The notes under the pieces: model-generated
The model's input: the letters and a program-made list of their open reading frames with translations, nothing else
Told to the model about the DNA's origin: nothing
Database searches by the model: none
Assembly (NCBI GenBank): GCA_045804225.1
Contig: JBJMNO010000024.1
Location: 132,815-196,814 of the forward strand
From: Gemmatimonadaceae bacterium
GTDB lineage: Bacteria; Gemmatimonadota; Gemmatimonadetes; Gemmatimonadales; Gemmatimonadaceae
DNA: 64,000 bases
Direction: 5' to 3'
In this document: piece by piece, positions 36,900 to 46,028 of the stretch
How positions within the stretch are numbered: position 1 is the first letter of the stretch
How the letters are laid out: the number at the start of each line of letters is the position of its first letter
Translations under genes and position numbers: made by a program

Positions 36900-37559
36900 T
36901 CATATTGCATCCGATTCGCGCGCGCGCGAGGCGATCCACCGCCGCAGCTCGTGCAAGTCGGTGACACGAACGGCGACGTCAGTTGCCGCCACGACCCCCG
37001 GCCTTACGGTCTGCACATACTCCAGCCCCAGTCGCCTCGCCGCGGCGAGCTCGGATTCGACATTGTCACCGACGACGAGCGTCTCAGCCGGCTCGAGCAA
37101 GGCATGGGAGATGAGATCGGCGAAGATCCGTTCTTTCCCGCGTCGATCTGGCTCGTCGATGGCGTCGACAATCACTTCTTCGAAGTATGCGGCGATGCCT
37201 AACGAGCGAACCTTGCTCTCTTGCAGACGCCGGAAGCCGGAGGTGACGAGGAAGCGTCGTTCCCCGAGATAGGGAAGGAGGTCGAGATCGCCGTAGCCAC
37301 GCATCGGCCCGCGGACTTCGATCCTCCGGAACGCATCCCACCCAGTGTCGCGCATCTCCGATGTGAAGCCGTGTCGCGTGGCCACCCAGTCGAAAGCGTT
37401 AAACCAGCAATCGCGGAAAGCGGCGTCGAGCGCATCGGATGAAAGGGTGCCCCGATTTGCTGCGCGTATGGCAGCAAAGGCCGGCTCGAGAAGCTGCTGG
37501 CCAGGTTCGTCGGCGGCGGCGAGGCAGTTGTCGAGATCGAAGATGATGGTGCGTGTCAC
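36900..37559 (-). CDS. HAD-superfamily hydrolase
   Basis: Motif I is IIFDLDNCL; the late motif is VVGDNVESELAAA. GTG 37559 is chosen so the gene does not overlap the SRPBCC gene; the track ORF extends to 37634. Confidence 0.75.
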   Translation of the reverse strand: MTRTIIFDLDNCLAAADEPGQQLLEPAFAAIRAANRGTLSSDALDAAFRDCWFNAFDWVATRHGFTSEMRDTGWDAFRRIEVRGPMRGYGDLDLLPYLGERRFLVTSGFRRLQESKVRSLGIAAYFEEVIVDAIDEPDRRGKERIFADLISHALLEPAETLVVGDNVESELAAARRLGLEYVQTVRPGVVAATDVAVRVTDLHELRRWIASRARESDAI

Positions 37560-37563
37560 CGAT

Positions 37564-37995
37564 TCACGACCGTCCCTCCGCGCGCTGTTTGAGACCGGCC
37601 GAGAATCGCTCGATCTCGGGTTGACGATCGCCAACGGATTTGAGGATCATCGCCGACAGCGGGCCGCTCATCTGCAAATGCATACGGAACTCGGTGCCCG
37701 TCGCAACTGGCTTGAGTGTGAAGGTTCGCCGACCGACGAACAATCCGAATGGCAGGCCGCCTACCCACTCCATGCGACGCGGCGGGTCGAGTGCGACTAT
37801 TCGTTGCCCGACTCGGCGAACGGCACCGTCGCCAAGGCGAACATGGACTCGGATCTTCGCGTTAGGCGCGATGACGCCATCGATGCCGACGATCTCGGGG
37901 TTCCACTCGCCGTACGCGGCGCCATTCGTCAACACATCCCACACCCGCTCGGGCGACGCAGCGATGGTCGCGACTGTCAGATATTCTTTCATCAC
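37564..37995 (-). CDS. SRPBCC-family (polyketide cyclase/START-like) protein
   Basis: 143 aa. VWDVLTNGAAYGEWNP... is the typical SRPBCC pattern. Confidence 0.75.
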   Translation of the reverse strand: MMKEYLTVATIAASPERVWDVLTNGAAYGEWNPEIVGIDGVIAPNAKIRVHVRLGDGAVRRVGQRIVALDPPRRMEWVGGLPFGLFVGRRTFTLKPVATGTEFRMHLQMSGPLSAMILKSVGDRQPEIERFSAGLKQRAEGRS

Positions 37996-38239
37996 GGTGC
38001 GAGAGTGTCTCCTTTCTTAATTACCGTCGAAAGCTTGGCTCGAGAGTGGGCATCGACTGCCTGAAGGTCGGCGAGAAACTGCACAAAACTTCGCTGATAG
38101 AAGAGCGACAAGAGCAAGGGGGATACGGATTTTACGAATCTTGCGAATTTGACAGATCGTTCCCTGGGCGTGGGTCCGTGCGCTCGAGCTCGGACGATTG
38201 CTTTCGAAACGGCCTCGGGAAGCTTCTCACGCAGACGAG

Positions 38240-38271
38240 AACAGCAGATCCTTCGCGTCGCTCAGGATGAC
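38240..38271. repeat. REP-family arm
   Basis: AACAGCAGATCCTTCGCGTCGCTCAGGATGAC, 14 nt from the stop of the membrane protein gene 38285..38878. Confidence 0.85.
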
Positions 38272-38284
38272 ACTTGGGCCTCTA

Positions 38285-38878
38285 CTAACGAGCTGCCGGG
38301 GCTTTCATAAGGCAGATGCGGCGAATGGCGGTCGTGGTGACGGCTAACGGCAGGATGAACGACAGCAGCCCGTAGACTCGCCCCATGGTGTATGAGTCGA
38401 AGAGCGGTCGAAACTGGAAGCGCAGGTTCACGATCACAAGCGACAGCCACACGAGGCCGAGGACCAAAGGCATCCAACGCCGCATCGCCGAGGTTGCCGT
38501 GTCGGCTGATGGGAAACCGAGCATCACCATCGCGTACAATGGCGCGGCGAGAATGCTCCAGAAAAGCAATGCCGTGTCCCACTCCGTGAAGAAGTCGCGG
38601 GTGAGAATCATCGGCGTTCCCCAAAAACCCAGTAGGATGAGCCAGAGCGCGATGAATCCCGCGCGCCGAGCGAAAGCGAGCAGCACAAATGCCGCCGCGA
38701 AGCAGATTGCTCCGGGAATCCCAAGGAAGGGGAGGATGTGAATGAGCCCGTCCACATTTCGGGAGACAGATAGTACGATCGCGAAGGTGACGATCACGCA
38801 CGCAGCGTAGACTGCCGCCAAGCGCACGGCGGCGGCAAAGATTCGCTTCGAGAATCGGTATTGGAGCGCGGTCACCAT
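38285..38878 (-). CDS. Integral membrane protein, hypothetical
   Basis: 197 aa with 5-6 hydrophobic helices and no recognisable family. Confidence 0.55.
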   Translation of the reverse strand: MVTALQYRFSKRIFAAAVRLAAVYAACVIVTFAIVLSVSRNVDGLIHILPFLGIPGAICFAAAFVLLAFARRAGFIALWLILLGFWGTPMILTRDFFTEWDTALLFWSILAAPLYAMVMLGFPSADTATSAMRRWMPLVLGLVWLSLVIVNLRFQFRPLFDSYTMGRVYGLLSFILPLAVTTTAIRRICLMKAPAAR

Positions 38879-39101
38879 GCCCTCCGCGAGTACAAGGAGC
38901 CGTTAGACCCGAGCACCATCATATGTGCGTCGCGGATCGTGGGAGATCAACACCGTTCATCGCCGAGATGAGAGATCCCGGACTGGGGGAGCCGAGCAAG
39001 TGACGCTGGAATGACGCTCCTCGATCATACTGCGGGAGCCAAACTCAGGCGGGCCAAATGGCATGTGTTGACAACGTAGCGGCGTCACGGGATAGTCCGG
39101 C

Positions 39102-40583
39102 ATGCTCTGTCTCGACCATTGGATCGCGGGTCGGCGCGATCACGGCTCATCCGACCGCGCGGGCACCGTTTTTAATCCCGCCACAGGTGAAGCCGGCGCG
39201 GAAGTGCCATTCGCGACGGCCGGGGACGTCGATCGGGCGGTGGCCGCGGCGCGCCACGCGTTCGACAGCTGGAGCCGCACGGGTCTCACGAAACGGGCGA
39301 CGATCCTTTTCTCGTTCCGCGAGCTCGTTAGGCAGAACGCCGACGAGCTGGCGCGCCTCATCGTGCGGGAGCATGGGAAGGTGCTGGCCGACGCGCGCGG
39401 AGAGGTGCAGCGCGGGCTGGAAGTCGTGGAGTTCGCGTGCGGCATCCCGCAACTCCTCAAAGGCGAGTTCTCGGAGAACGTCAGCACGGGTGTGGATAGC
39501 TACTCGCTGCGTCAGCCGTTAGGCGTCGTCGCCGGGATCACGCCCTTCAATTTCCCAGTGATGGTGCCGATGTGGATGTTCCCGATCGCGGTTGCGGCCG
39601 GGAACACGTTCGTGCTCAAGCCGTCGGAGCGCGACCCGTCGCCGTCGCTGATGATCGCACAGCTCTGGAAAGAGGCGGGCTTGCCGGACGGAGTGTTCAA
39701 TGTCGTGCACGGAGATCGCGTTGCCGTCGAGCGACTGCTCGAGCACCCGGACGTAGCGGCTGTGAGCTTCGTGGGCTCGACGCCCGTCGCGCGCTATATC
39801 TATGAGACGGGCACGCGCCATGGGAAACGCGTGCAGGCGTTAGGCGGGGCGAAGAATCACATGGTCGTGCTGCCCGACGCAGACCTCGAGCTCGCCGCCG
39901 ACTCGGCGGTCAACGCTGCCTTTGGATCAGCTGGCCAGCGGTGCATGGCGATCTCGGTGCTCGTCGCGGTCGGCGACGCGGCAGATCGCGTGGTGCCGCT
40001 CATTCGCGAGCGCATGCGGGCGATCCATGTCGGCGACGGCATGCAGCCAGGGAACGACATGGGCCCGCTCGTCACGCGTCAGCATCTGGATCGCGTTAGG
40101 CGCTACGTGGACGAAGGGCTCGAGCAGGGTGCGACGCTCGTGGCCGATGGACGCGACGTCGCGATCGAAGGCAACGGGTTTTTCCTCGGGCCTTGTCTCT
40201 TCGACCATGTGAAGCCCGAGATGTCGATCTACCGCGACGAGATCTTCGGACCGGTGCTGTCAGTGGTGCGCGCCGAGAGCTACGACGACGCCCTCGAGCT
40301 GGTGAACGCCAGCCCGTACGCGAACGGCGTCGCGCTCTTCACGAGCGACGGCGGCGCGGCGCGTAAATTTCAGAGTGAGATCCAGGTTGGCATGGTCGGC
40401 ATCAACGTGCCGATCCCGGTGCCGATGGCGTACTACTCCTTTGGCGGCTGGAAGGACTCACTCTTCGGCGACGCGCACGTCCATGGTATGGAAGGGGTCA
40501 AGTTCTACACGCGTGCGAAGGTGGTTACCGCGCGCTGGCCACAGCATGCGGCGAAGGGGAAGAATCTTGGCTTCCCGACTTGA
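39102..40583 (+). CDS. mmsA: CoA-acylating methylmalonate-semialdehyde dehydrogenase
   Basis: Aldehyde dehydrogenase motifs ITPFNFP, VQALGGAKNH, GQRCMA and EEIFGPV-like (DEIFGPVLS). Length and C-terminus are typical of MmsA. Confidence 0.9.
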   Translation: MLCLDHWIAGRRDHGSSDRAGTVFNPATGEAGAEVPFATAGDVDRAVAAARHAFDSWSRTGLTKRATILFSFRELVRQNADELARLIVREHGKVLADARGEVQRGLEVVEFACGIPQLLKGEFSENVSTGVDSYSLRQPLGVVAGITPFNFPVMVPMWMFPIAVAAGNTFVLKPSERDPSPSLMIAQLWKEAGLPDGVFNVVHGDRVAVERLLEHPDVAAVSFVGSTPVARYIYETGTRHGKRVQALGGAKNHMVVLPDADLELAADSAVNAAFGSAGQRCMAISVLVAVGDAADRVVPLIRERMRAIHVGDGMQPGNDMGPLVTRQHLDRVRRYVDEGLEQGATLVADGRDVAIEGNGFFLGPCLFDHVKPEMSIYRDEIFGPVLSVVRAESYDDALELVNASPYANGVALFTSDGGAARKFQSEIQVGMVGINVPIPVPMAYYSFGGWKDSLFGDAHVHGMEGVKFYTRAKVVTARWPQHAAKGKNLGFPT

Positions 40584-40625
40584 GCTGCAAAAAGGCTCCT
40601 TTGTTGTTGCCTAACGAGCATCGCA

Positions 40626-41363
40626 ATGCCACACAACACGGTACACATTCGCACCGCGGACGGCCTCTGTCCGACCCACACCTTCACGCCATCGACGGCT
40701 CACAATGAGTTGCCGGCTGTGCTCCTCTTCATGGACGGGCTTGGCATTCGCCCCGCGATGTTCGAGATCGGACAGCGGCTCGCCAATGGCGGCTACTACG
40801 TCGTCCTGCCCGATCTGTATTACCGCAGTGGATTCACGAAAGGCGCGAACCTCTTCGGCGATGAGGCGATTCGCGCGGAGTGGACGAAGACGGTCTTACC
40901 GACGGTGAGCATCGGCAACATCATGCGCGACGTTCCGTCACTGCTCGCGCATCTCGAGGCACAACCCAACGTGCGCTCCGAGCAGATCGGAACCACCGGC
41001 TACTGCCTGGGCGGTCGCATGTCATTCGCGGCCGCGGGGCTTTTCCCGGATCGGATCGCGGCAGCCGCGTCGTATCACGCGAGTAATCTCGCGACAGAGG
41101 CGCCCGACAGCCCGCATCGTCTCGCACCGCAGATGAAGGCTCAGGTCTATGTCGCCGGCGCGATCGAAGATGCCGGGTTCGATGACGCGCAGAAGCAACG
41201 TTTAGAGGACGCGCTCACCGCGGCGCATGTGGATCATGTCGTGGAGACGTACAACGCGCGGCACGGATTTGTGCCCACCGACACGCCGGTGCATGACCCG
41301 GTTGCGGCGGAGAAGCATTGGCGAACGCTCTTCGGGTTACTCGAGACAACGCTGAAAAGCTAA
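40626..41363 (+). CDS. Dienelactone hydrolase family protein
   Basis: Nucleophile motif GYCLGG. The typical DLH layout ends ...HGF... Confidence 0.85.
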   Translation: MPHNTVHIRTADGLCPTHTFTPSTAHNELPAVLLFMDGLGIRPAMFEIGQRLANGGYYVVLPDLYYRSGFTKGANLFGDEAIRAEWTKTVLPTVSIGNIMRDVPSLLAHLEAQPNVRSEQIGTTGYCLGGRMSFAAAGLFPDRIAAAASYHASNLATEAPDSPHRLAPQMKAQVYVAGAIEDAGFDDAQKQRLEDALTAAHVDHVVETYNARHGFVPTDTPVHDPVAAEKHWRTLFGLLETTLKS

Positions 41364-41372
41364 GCCGCCAGG

Positions 41373-41410
41373 AACAGCGCATCCTTCGTCGCTTCGCTCC
41401 TTAGGATGAC
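41373..41410. repeat. REP-family arm (diverged)
   Basis: AACAGCGCATCCTTCGTCGCTTCGCTCCTTAGGATGAC, just after the DLH gene stop. Confidence 0.75.
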
Positions 41411-41441
41411 AGAGGGATCACTGTCCAGCTGGTATTGCGCG

Positions 41442-42623
41442 ATGCATACTACAACCATGAGAACGTTACGAAGAGTCGTCACCTTCGCGGCGCTGACCAT
41501 CGCGTACGCCGCGCCGTCGATTGCGCGGGCGCAGTCACTGCCGAGTCGTCTCTCCGACGACGAGTTCTGGAAGCTGGTGACCGATCTCTCCGAGACGGGC
41601 GGCTACTTCCGATCGGAGAACTTCGTATCGAACGAAACGACCTTCCAGCACGTCATCCCGGAATTACAAAAGTCTCATCCCACCGGCGGCGTCTATCTTG
41701 GCGTCGGGCCGGACCAGAACTTCACGTACATCGTCACGCTCAAGCCGCGAATGGCGATCGTCACTGACATTCGCCGGCAGAACATGATCGAGCACTTGAT
41801 GTACAAGGCGGTGATCGAGCTCTCGCCGACGCGCGCCGATTTCCTTTCGCTGCTCTTCTCTCGGCCGCGGCCGTCCGCGCTCGCCGATACGACCGGCGCC
41901 GCGGCATTGATGCAGGCGTATCTCACCGCGCCGTCGGACAGCATTCTCTTCAGGAAGAACTTCGCGACGATCAAGGAGCAACTCGTCGGGCACCATCACT
42001 TCACGTTAGGCGCGGACGACCTGTCGTCGCTCGCGTATGTGTACGAAGCCTTCTTCGACGCCGGGCCGGAGCTGACGTATTCGTTCGCGGTGGGACGACA
42101 GGGTCGCGCCGGATACTTTGGCCGGCGAATGCCCAGCTATTCCGACCTGATGGCAGAGACGGACGCGTCAGGCGCGCATCGCAGCTATCTCGCCAGCGAA
42201 GAGAACTACCGCGTTCTGCGCGACCTGGAGATGAACAATCTGCTCGTCCCCATTGTCGGCGACTTTGCCGGTGAAAAGGCGTTGCGCGCGGTTGGCACTT
42301 ATCTCAAGGCGCACAACGCGACGGTGACGGCGTTCTACACGTCGAACGTGGAGCAATATCTCTTTCAGCAAGCGGACGACTGGAAGCACTTCTTCGGCAA
42401 CGTCGCAACACTCCCGCTCGACTCGAAGAGCACGTTCATCCGCGCGGTCTTCAATTACATGGGCTTCCGGGATCCCGTGTCGGGCGCGCCGGGGCCGCGC
42501 TCGACGACCATGCTCTCGCCCATTCTCGACGTGATCAAGGCCGTGGACGAGGGGAAGATCCAGACGTACTACGACGTCATCCAGCTCTCGACTGCTCCGG
42601 TGCCGGCGCCGGCACAGCGTTAG
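41442..42623 (+). CDS. Secreted conserved hypothetical protein
   Basis: Signal peptide MHTTTMRTLRRVVTFAALTIAYAAPSIARAQ. 390 aa of globular sequence. The TAG stop lies inside CGTTAGGC. Confidence 0.6.
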   Translation: MHTTTMRTLRRVVTFAALTIAYAAPSIARAQSLPSRLSDDEFWKLVTDLSETGGYFRSENFVSNETTFQHVIPELQKSHPTGGVYLGVGPDQNFTYIVTLKPRMAIVTDIRRQNMIEHLMYKAVIELSPTRADFLSLLFSRPRPSALADTTGAAALMQAYLTAPSDSILFRKNFATIKEQLVGHHHFTLGADDLSSLAYVYEAFFDAGPELTYSFAVGRQGRAGYFGRRMPSYSDLMAETDASGAHRSYLASEENYRVLRDLEMNNLLVPIVGDFAGEKALRAVGTYLKAHNATVTAFYTSNVEQYLFQQADDWKHFFGNVATLPLDSKSTFIRAVFNYMGFRDPVSGAPGPRSTTMLSPILDVIKAVDEGKIQTYYDVIQLSTAPVPAPAQR

Positions 42624-43125
42624 GCATCGCGGCGCTGTGCTTCGCCGCGGCGCGGGGCCGGCGGAGTCGCACGATGAGGTAAATGACGACGGCGACGTTG
42701 ATGGCGAACGTCGCGAAGCGAATGGGCGTCGGGCGGTGCGCGATCTCCCAGATTTCGAACGGAATCAGCGAGCCGGTCGCGATGACGGTGAGATATTCCG
42801 CCCAGCGTCGCTCGCGCCAGAGTCCCACACCTTCCGTCGCGAACAAGGCCGCATAGAAGAGGGCGACCAGTCCGAGCGCGGCAATCTTCGAACGACTCAA
42901 GCCGGTAACGAAGGCGATGACTTGCGGGACGAGTCGCTGTCCCGACGTAAAGGCGAGGTCCGTTCCCCACTCTCGCGCCTGCTCAGCGATACCATGCTGC
43001 ATGAGCCCGAACGCGCCGAGCGCGGCGAGAATGAAGAGTATCGCTTTGAGAAACTTGAAGATCGAGATCGCGAGGAGGAACCGATCGTGGGGTTTTCGGG
43101 GCTCGTCTGTGTCAGTCGGCATCAT
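42577..43125 (-). CDS. DUF2127 membrane protein
   Basis: LLAISIFKFLKAILFILAALGAF...LFATEGVGLWRERRWAEYLTVIATGSLIPFEIWEI is the typical DUF2127 sequence. Overlaps the convergent gene by 47 nt. Confidence 0.75.
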   Translation of the reverse strand: MMPTDTDEPRKPHDRFLLAISIFKFLKAILFILAALGAFGLMQHGIAEQAREWGTDLAFTSGQRLVPQVIAFVTGLSRSKIAALGLVALFYAALFATEGVGLWRERRWAEYLTVIATGSLIPFEIWEIAHRPTPIRFATFAINVAVVIYLIVRLRRPRAAAKHSAAMPNAVPAPAPEQSRAG

Positions 43126-43135
43126 GCTACGTCTT

Positions 43136-43395
43136 GTCATCCTGAGGAGCGAAGCGACGAAGGGTCGTTTCCGATTCGCTGTGTAGGCTACGATCGCATC
43201 CAGGCGGGTGAAAACCTAATCACGGATTATCCGGATGACCGGGATGTCTGCTGTGAGAGGAGACCTGTCCGCGCATGAAAAGATTCGGGTAATTCGGGAA
43301 TCCGTGATTGGGTTTTGGCTGCTTCCATGCCAGCGTAGCCTACACGGCAAGGAAACAAAACAGCAGATCCTTCGTCGCTCCGCCTCTCCGGGTGA
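43136..43395. repeat. ~260-bp nested imperfect palindrome bounded by inverted REP arms (MITE-like)
   Basis: Outer arms are 43136-43170 and 43358-43395. Inner pairs are GTGTAGGCTACG (43181-43192) with CGTAGCCTACAC (43334-43345), and GAAAACCTAATCACGGATT (43210-43228) with AATCCGTGATTGGGTTTTG (43299-43317). Confidence 0.75.
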
Positions 43396-43436
43396 CAAGA
43401 GAGAGGATCCGCTCCTCACGATGACATATTGGGACG

Positions 43437-44216
43437 ATGGCCTCACGAATAGCCCTAACGCGACCCATTAGCGCGAGTTTCGTGCAATGCGAGCTGACCT
43501 ACCTCGAGCGCACGCCAATCGATCTGGATGAGGCGCGCCGGCAGCATGCGTCGTACGAGGCGTTGCTTGGCTCGCTGGGATGGGAGATTGTCCGGCTGCC
43601 GGTGCTCGACGACCAGCCCGACGCGGTGTTCGTGGAGGACGCGGCCATTGCGTTGGAAGAATTGGCGGTGGTCGCGCCGATGGGTGCGGCGAGTAGGACG
43701 GGTGAAACGCAGAGCGTGGCCGAGGCTTTGGCGCGCTATCGTCCCGTGTTGGCTCTCGAAGCCCCGGCGACGCTCGACGGCGGCGACGTGCTGTGCATTG
43801 GCCGGCGCGTGTTCGTTGGCTTGTCTCGTCGCACCAACGCCGAAGCGGTGGAGCAGCTGGGTCGGCTGCTCGCGCCGTACGAATATCAAGTGACGGGCGT
43901 CACCGTACACGGCGCCCTGCATCTCAAGTCCGCATGCACGTACGTCGGCGACGAGACATTGCTCGCGAACACCGACTGGGTCGACACCAAGCCGTTCTCG
44001 CGATTGGACATCCTTCGCGTGGACGATGCCGAAGAGTGGGGCGCGAGTGTGCTCTTCACCGGCGCCGAGATCGTAATGCCCACGGGGTTTCCACGCACGG
44101 CGTCAATGCTGGATGGTCGAGCGTATCCGGTGCACCAGGTCGAGCTCACGGAGATTCGTAAGGCGGAAGGCGGCCCGACCTGCCTGAGCATCCTGCTCAA
44201 CGCCGACACGCGGTGA
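43437..44216 (+). CDS. Dimethylarginine dimethylaminohydrolase-like (amidinotransferase superfamily) enzyme
   Basis: 259 aa. Contains DAVFVEDAAIAL and LHLKSACTYV, with the C-terminal catalytic Cys in GGPTCLSIL. Confidence 0.8.
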   Translation: MASRIALTRPISASFVQCELTYLERTPIDLDEARRQHASYEALLGSLGWEIVRLPVLDDQPDAVFVEDAAIALEELAVVAPMGAASRTGETQSVAEALARYRPVLALEAPATLDGGDVLCIGRRVFVGLSRRTNAEAVEQLGRLLAPYEYQVTGVTVHGALHLKSACTYVGDETLLANTDWVDTKPFSRLDILRVDDAEEWGASVLFTGAEIVMPTGFPRTASMLDGRAYPVHQVELTEIRKAEGGPTCLSILLNADTR

Positions 44217-44301
44217 CCCGATACGCGCTGCCACGGTCTGCTCTCTCGTCAGTGGCGCAATGCAGCGTTGCCTGACGTCACCCAGCAGATCGAGGCTCCG
44301 T

Positions 44302-44841
44302 ATGATTCGCGCTTTCTCGCACCGGTCGTTGTTCTTGACGCTCGCCATCGTGCTCGCGCCCTTCGCGGTGCAGGCGCAGGCAACAGGCGGCGTCACCTGC
44401 AAAGACGGCACGACGTCCGCGGCAACCGGCCGTGGCGCGTGCTCGGGTCATGGCGGCGTCGACAAGTCGAAAGCCGCCAAGTCCGACGCGAAGGTCGCCA
44501 AGGCCGACGCGAAAGCGAGCAGCAAGGCAGCGAAAGCCGACGTCAAGGCCGACGCGAAGAACACGAAGGCTGAAGTGAAGGCCGACACCAAGTCCACCCC
44601 GAAGTCCGCGACGAAATCGACGAAGGCTGCCGAGAAGGTGACGAGCAAGACGGTGTCGTCTGATGTGCGAGAGACGGGGAAGGCCGCGAACGCAACCGCG
44701 GCGCCGACGCGAACGACGGCCGTTAATACCGATCCGACCGACGCGACGGCCAAGTGCAAGGATGGCACGTACTCGCACGCGGCGACGCATCGCGGTGCCT
44801 GCTCGCGCCACGGCGGTGTGGCGCAGTGGCTCAAGTCGTAG
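44302..44841 (+). CDS. Secreted protein with two DUF3761 domains joined by a Lys/Ala/Asp-rich linker
   Basis: Signal peptide MIRAFSHRSLFLTLAIVLAPFAVQAQ. The two domains are CKDGTTSAATGRGACSGHGGV and CKDGTYSHAATHRGACSRHGGV. Confidence 0.75.
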   Translation: MIRAFSHRSLFLTLAIVLAPFAVQAQATGGVTCKDGTTSAATGRGACSGHGGVDKSKAAKSDAKVAKADAKASSKAAKADVKADAKNTKAEVKADTKSTPKSATKSTKAAEKVTSKTVSSDVRETGKAANATAAPTRTTAVNTDPTDATAKCKDGTYSHAATHRGACSRHGGVAQWLKS

Positions 44842-44890
44842 AGGGTAGAGGGTAGAGGGTAGAGAGTGGCGCGTGGCGCGTGGGTAGAAT
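44838..44890 (+). repeat. Tandem heptamers (GTAGAGG)x3 GTAGAGA (GTGGCGC)x2 GTGGGTAGA
   Basis: Read directly. Includes the TAG stop (44839-44841) of the DUF3761 gene. Confidence 0.9.
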
Positions 44891-45270
44891 GCGCGGAGTG
44901 ATGCAGAACGCGCAGAAAGAAGAGCGTCAAACTCTTGAGGCTTGTCGCGGTGTCGAGGGAACGCCTGTCCGCTGATACCACTGACACGGCGCTGACACCA
45001 CTGACGGGTTCCATGTGCGAGCTTCGCTCCTCTCGCCAAATCACCTTGTGAATTTGTGAATGCCTCGGGAAGCTTCTTGAAGCCCGAGGCATTTGAACAA
45101 AAGGTTATTTGCTCACGTGGTCCATGGAGCCGTCGATGCTGAGGAGCACGTCAGTGGTCTCAACGGCAGGGTCAGCGGCGTCAGCGTCCTCGGGCCATCT
45201 GGAATTCGACGAAAAGCTTTCGACGAAAGACTCTCGGTGAACGCTCGTATCTCTCCGAGCTCTGCGCTTC

Positions 45271-45331
45271 CGCCCCGCGCCCCGCCACACGCCACACGCC
45301 ACGCGCCACTCTCTACCCTCTACCCTCTACC
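45271..45331 (-). repeat. Inverted copy of the same composite: minus-strand (GGTAGAG)x3 (GTGGCGY)x4 GGGGCGCGGGGCGG
   Basis: Read directly. Starts right after the stop (45333-45335) of the GNAT-like gene. Confidence 0.9.
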
Positions 45332-45332
45332 G

Positions 45333-46028
45333 TTAGGTAACGTGCAGATCTACGCCGAACGGCGCGAGATCTAGCTTCCGCATCACGGCTTGTGATGCCG
45401 TGTTCTGCCACGACGTGCTGTACAGCGGCAGCCGGCCCTCGGCGTACACCGCCGTCGCCCAGGCTTGGACGACCAGCCGCCCATATCCACGATTGCGGTA
45501 CGACGTCACCGTCTCGACGGCGGCTTCGTCTGCTTCGTTCGTGCGGCGGCCGCTGCAACAGAGCGTCACCACTCTGCCATCGACTTCGAGGGCGAGCATT
45601 GGTTGGCAACGACTCACGTCAGGTAACCACGGCTCGAGCAGCGCGCGGAGGACCTCGGCGTTCGCGGTGGTGACGGCGATCGTGCGCGCGGACGTGGGCG
45701 GCCGCTCCGGAATGCAATACGCGGGACCGAACCAGGTCTTCTCGACTGGTGCGGTGCGAGAGAGCAGATGCTGGTATGGCAGCGGGTCGGCCAGCAGATC
45801 GATCGACGTCGCGCGCGCCGTTTGATCCTCCAACGCCATACGGAGCGCGCGTCGCGTTGCCGAGTCCACGTCATGACGAAAGCGACAAATCACGCCGTCG
45901 CGGGTTCGGCCCAAGAAGAAACGGGGCGCGGGAGCGCCGTTAGGCTCGTTCACCCGCAGGAGATCGTGGTTCACGTCGTGCGTGAACAACGCCTCGACGT
46001 GCAACTGCATCAGCTCGACATCTCTCAT
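45333..46028 (-). CDS. GNAT-like acetyltransferase-fold protein (hypothetical)
   Basis: The C-terminal region YRNRGYGRLVVQAWATAV resembles the GNAT acetyl-CoA motif. 231 aa. Confidence 0.55.
   Translation of the reverse strand: MRDVELMQLHVEALFTHDVNHDLLRVNEPNGAPAPRFFLGRTRDGVICRFRHDVDSATRRALRMALEDQTARATSIDLLADPLPYQHLLSRTAPVEKTWFGPAYCIPERPPTSARTIAVTTANAEVLRALLEPWLPDVSRCQPMLALEVDGRVVTLCCSGRRTNEADEAAVETVTSYRNRGYGRLVVQAWATAVYAEGRLPLYSTSWQNTASQAVMRKLDLAPFGVDLHVT

Noticed and set aside
38046-38270. Track ORF 38046..38270 (+) as a small gene
   Set aside because: It is composed of repeat modules (the tandem ACGGAT-type repeat, the shared 15-mer CCTCGGGAAGCTTCT, and a REP arm giving ..ADPSRRSG). It is most likely noncoding.
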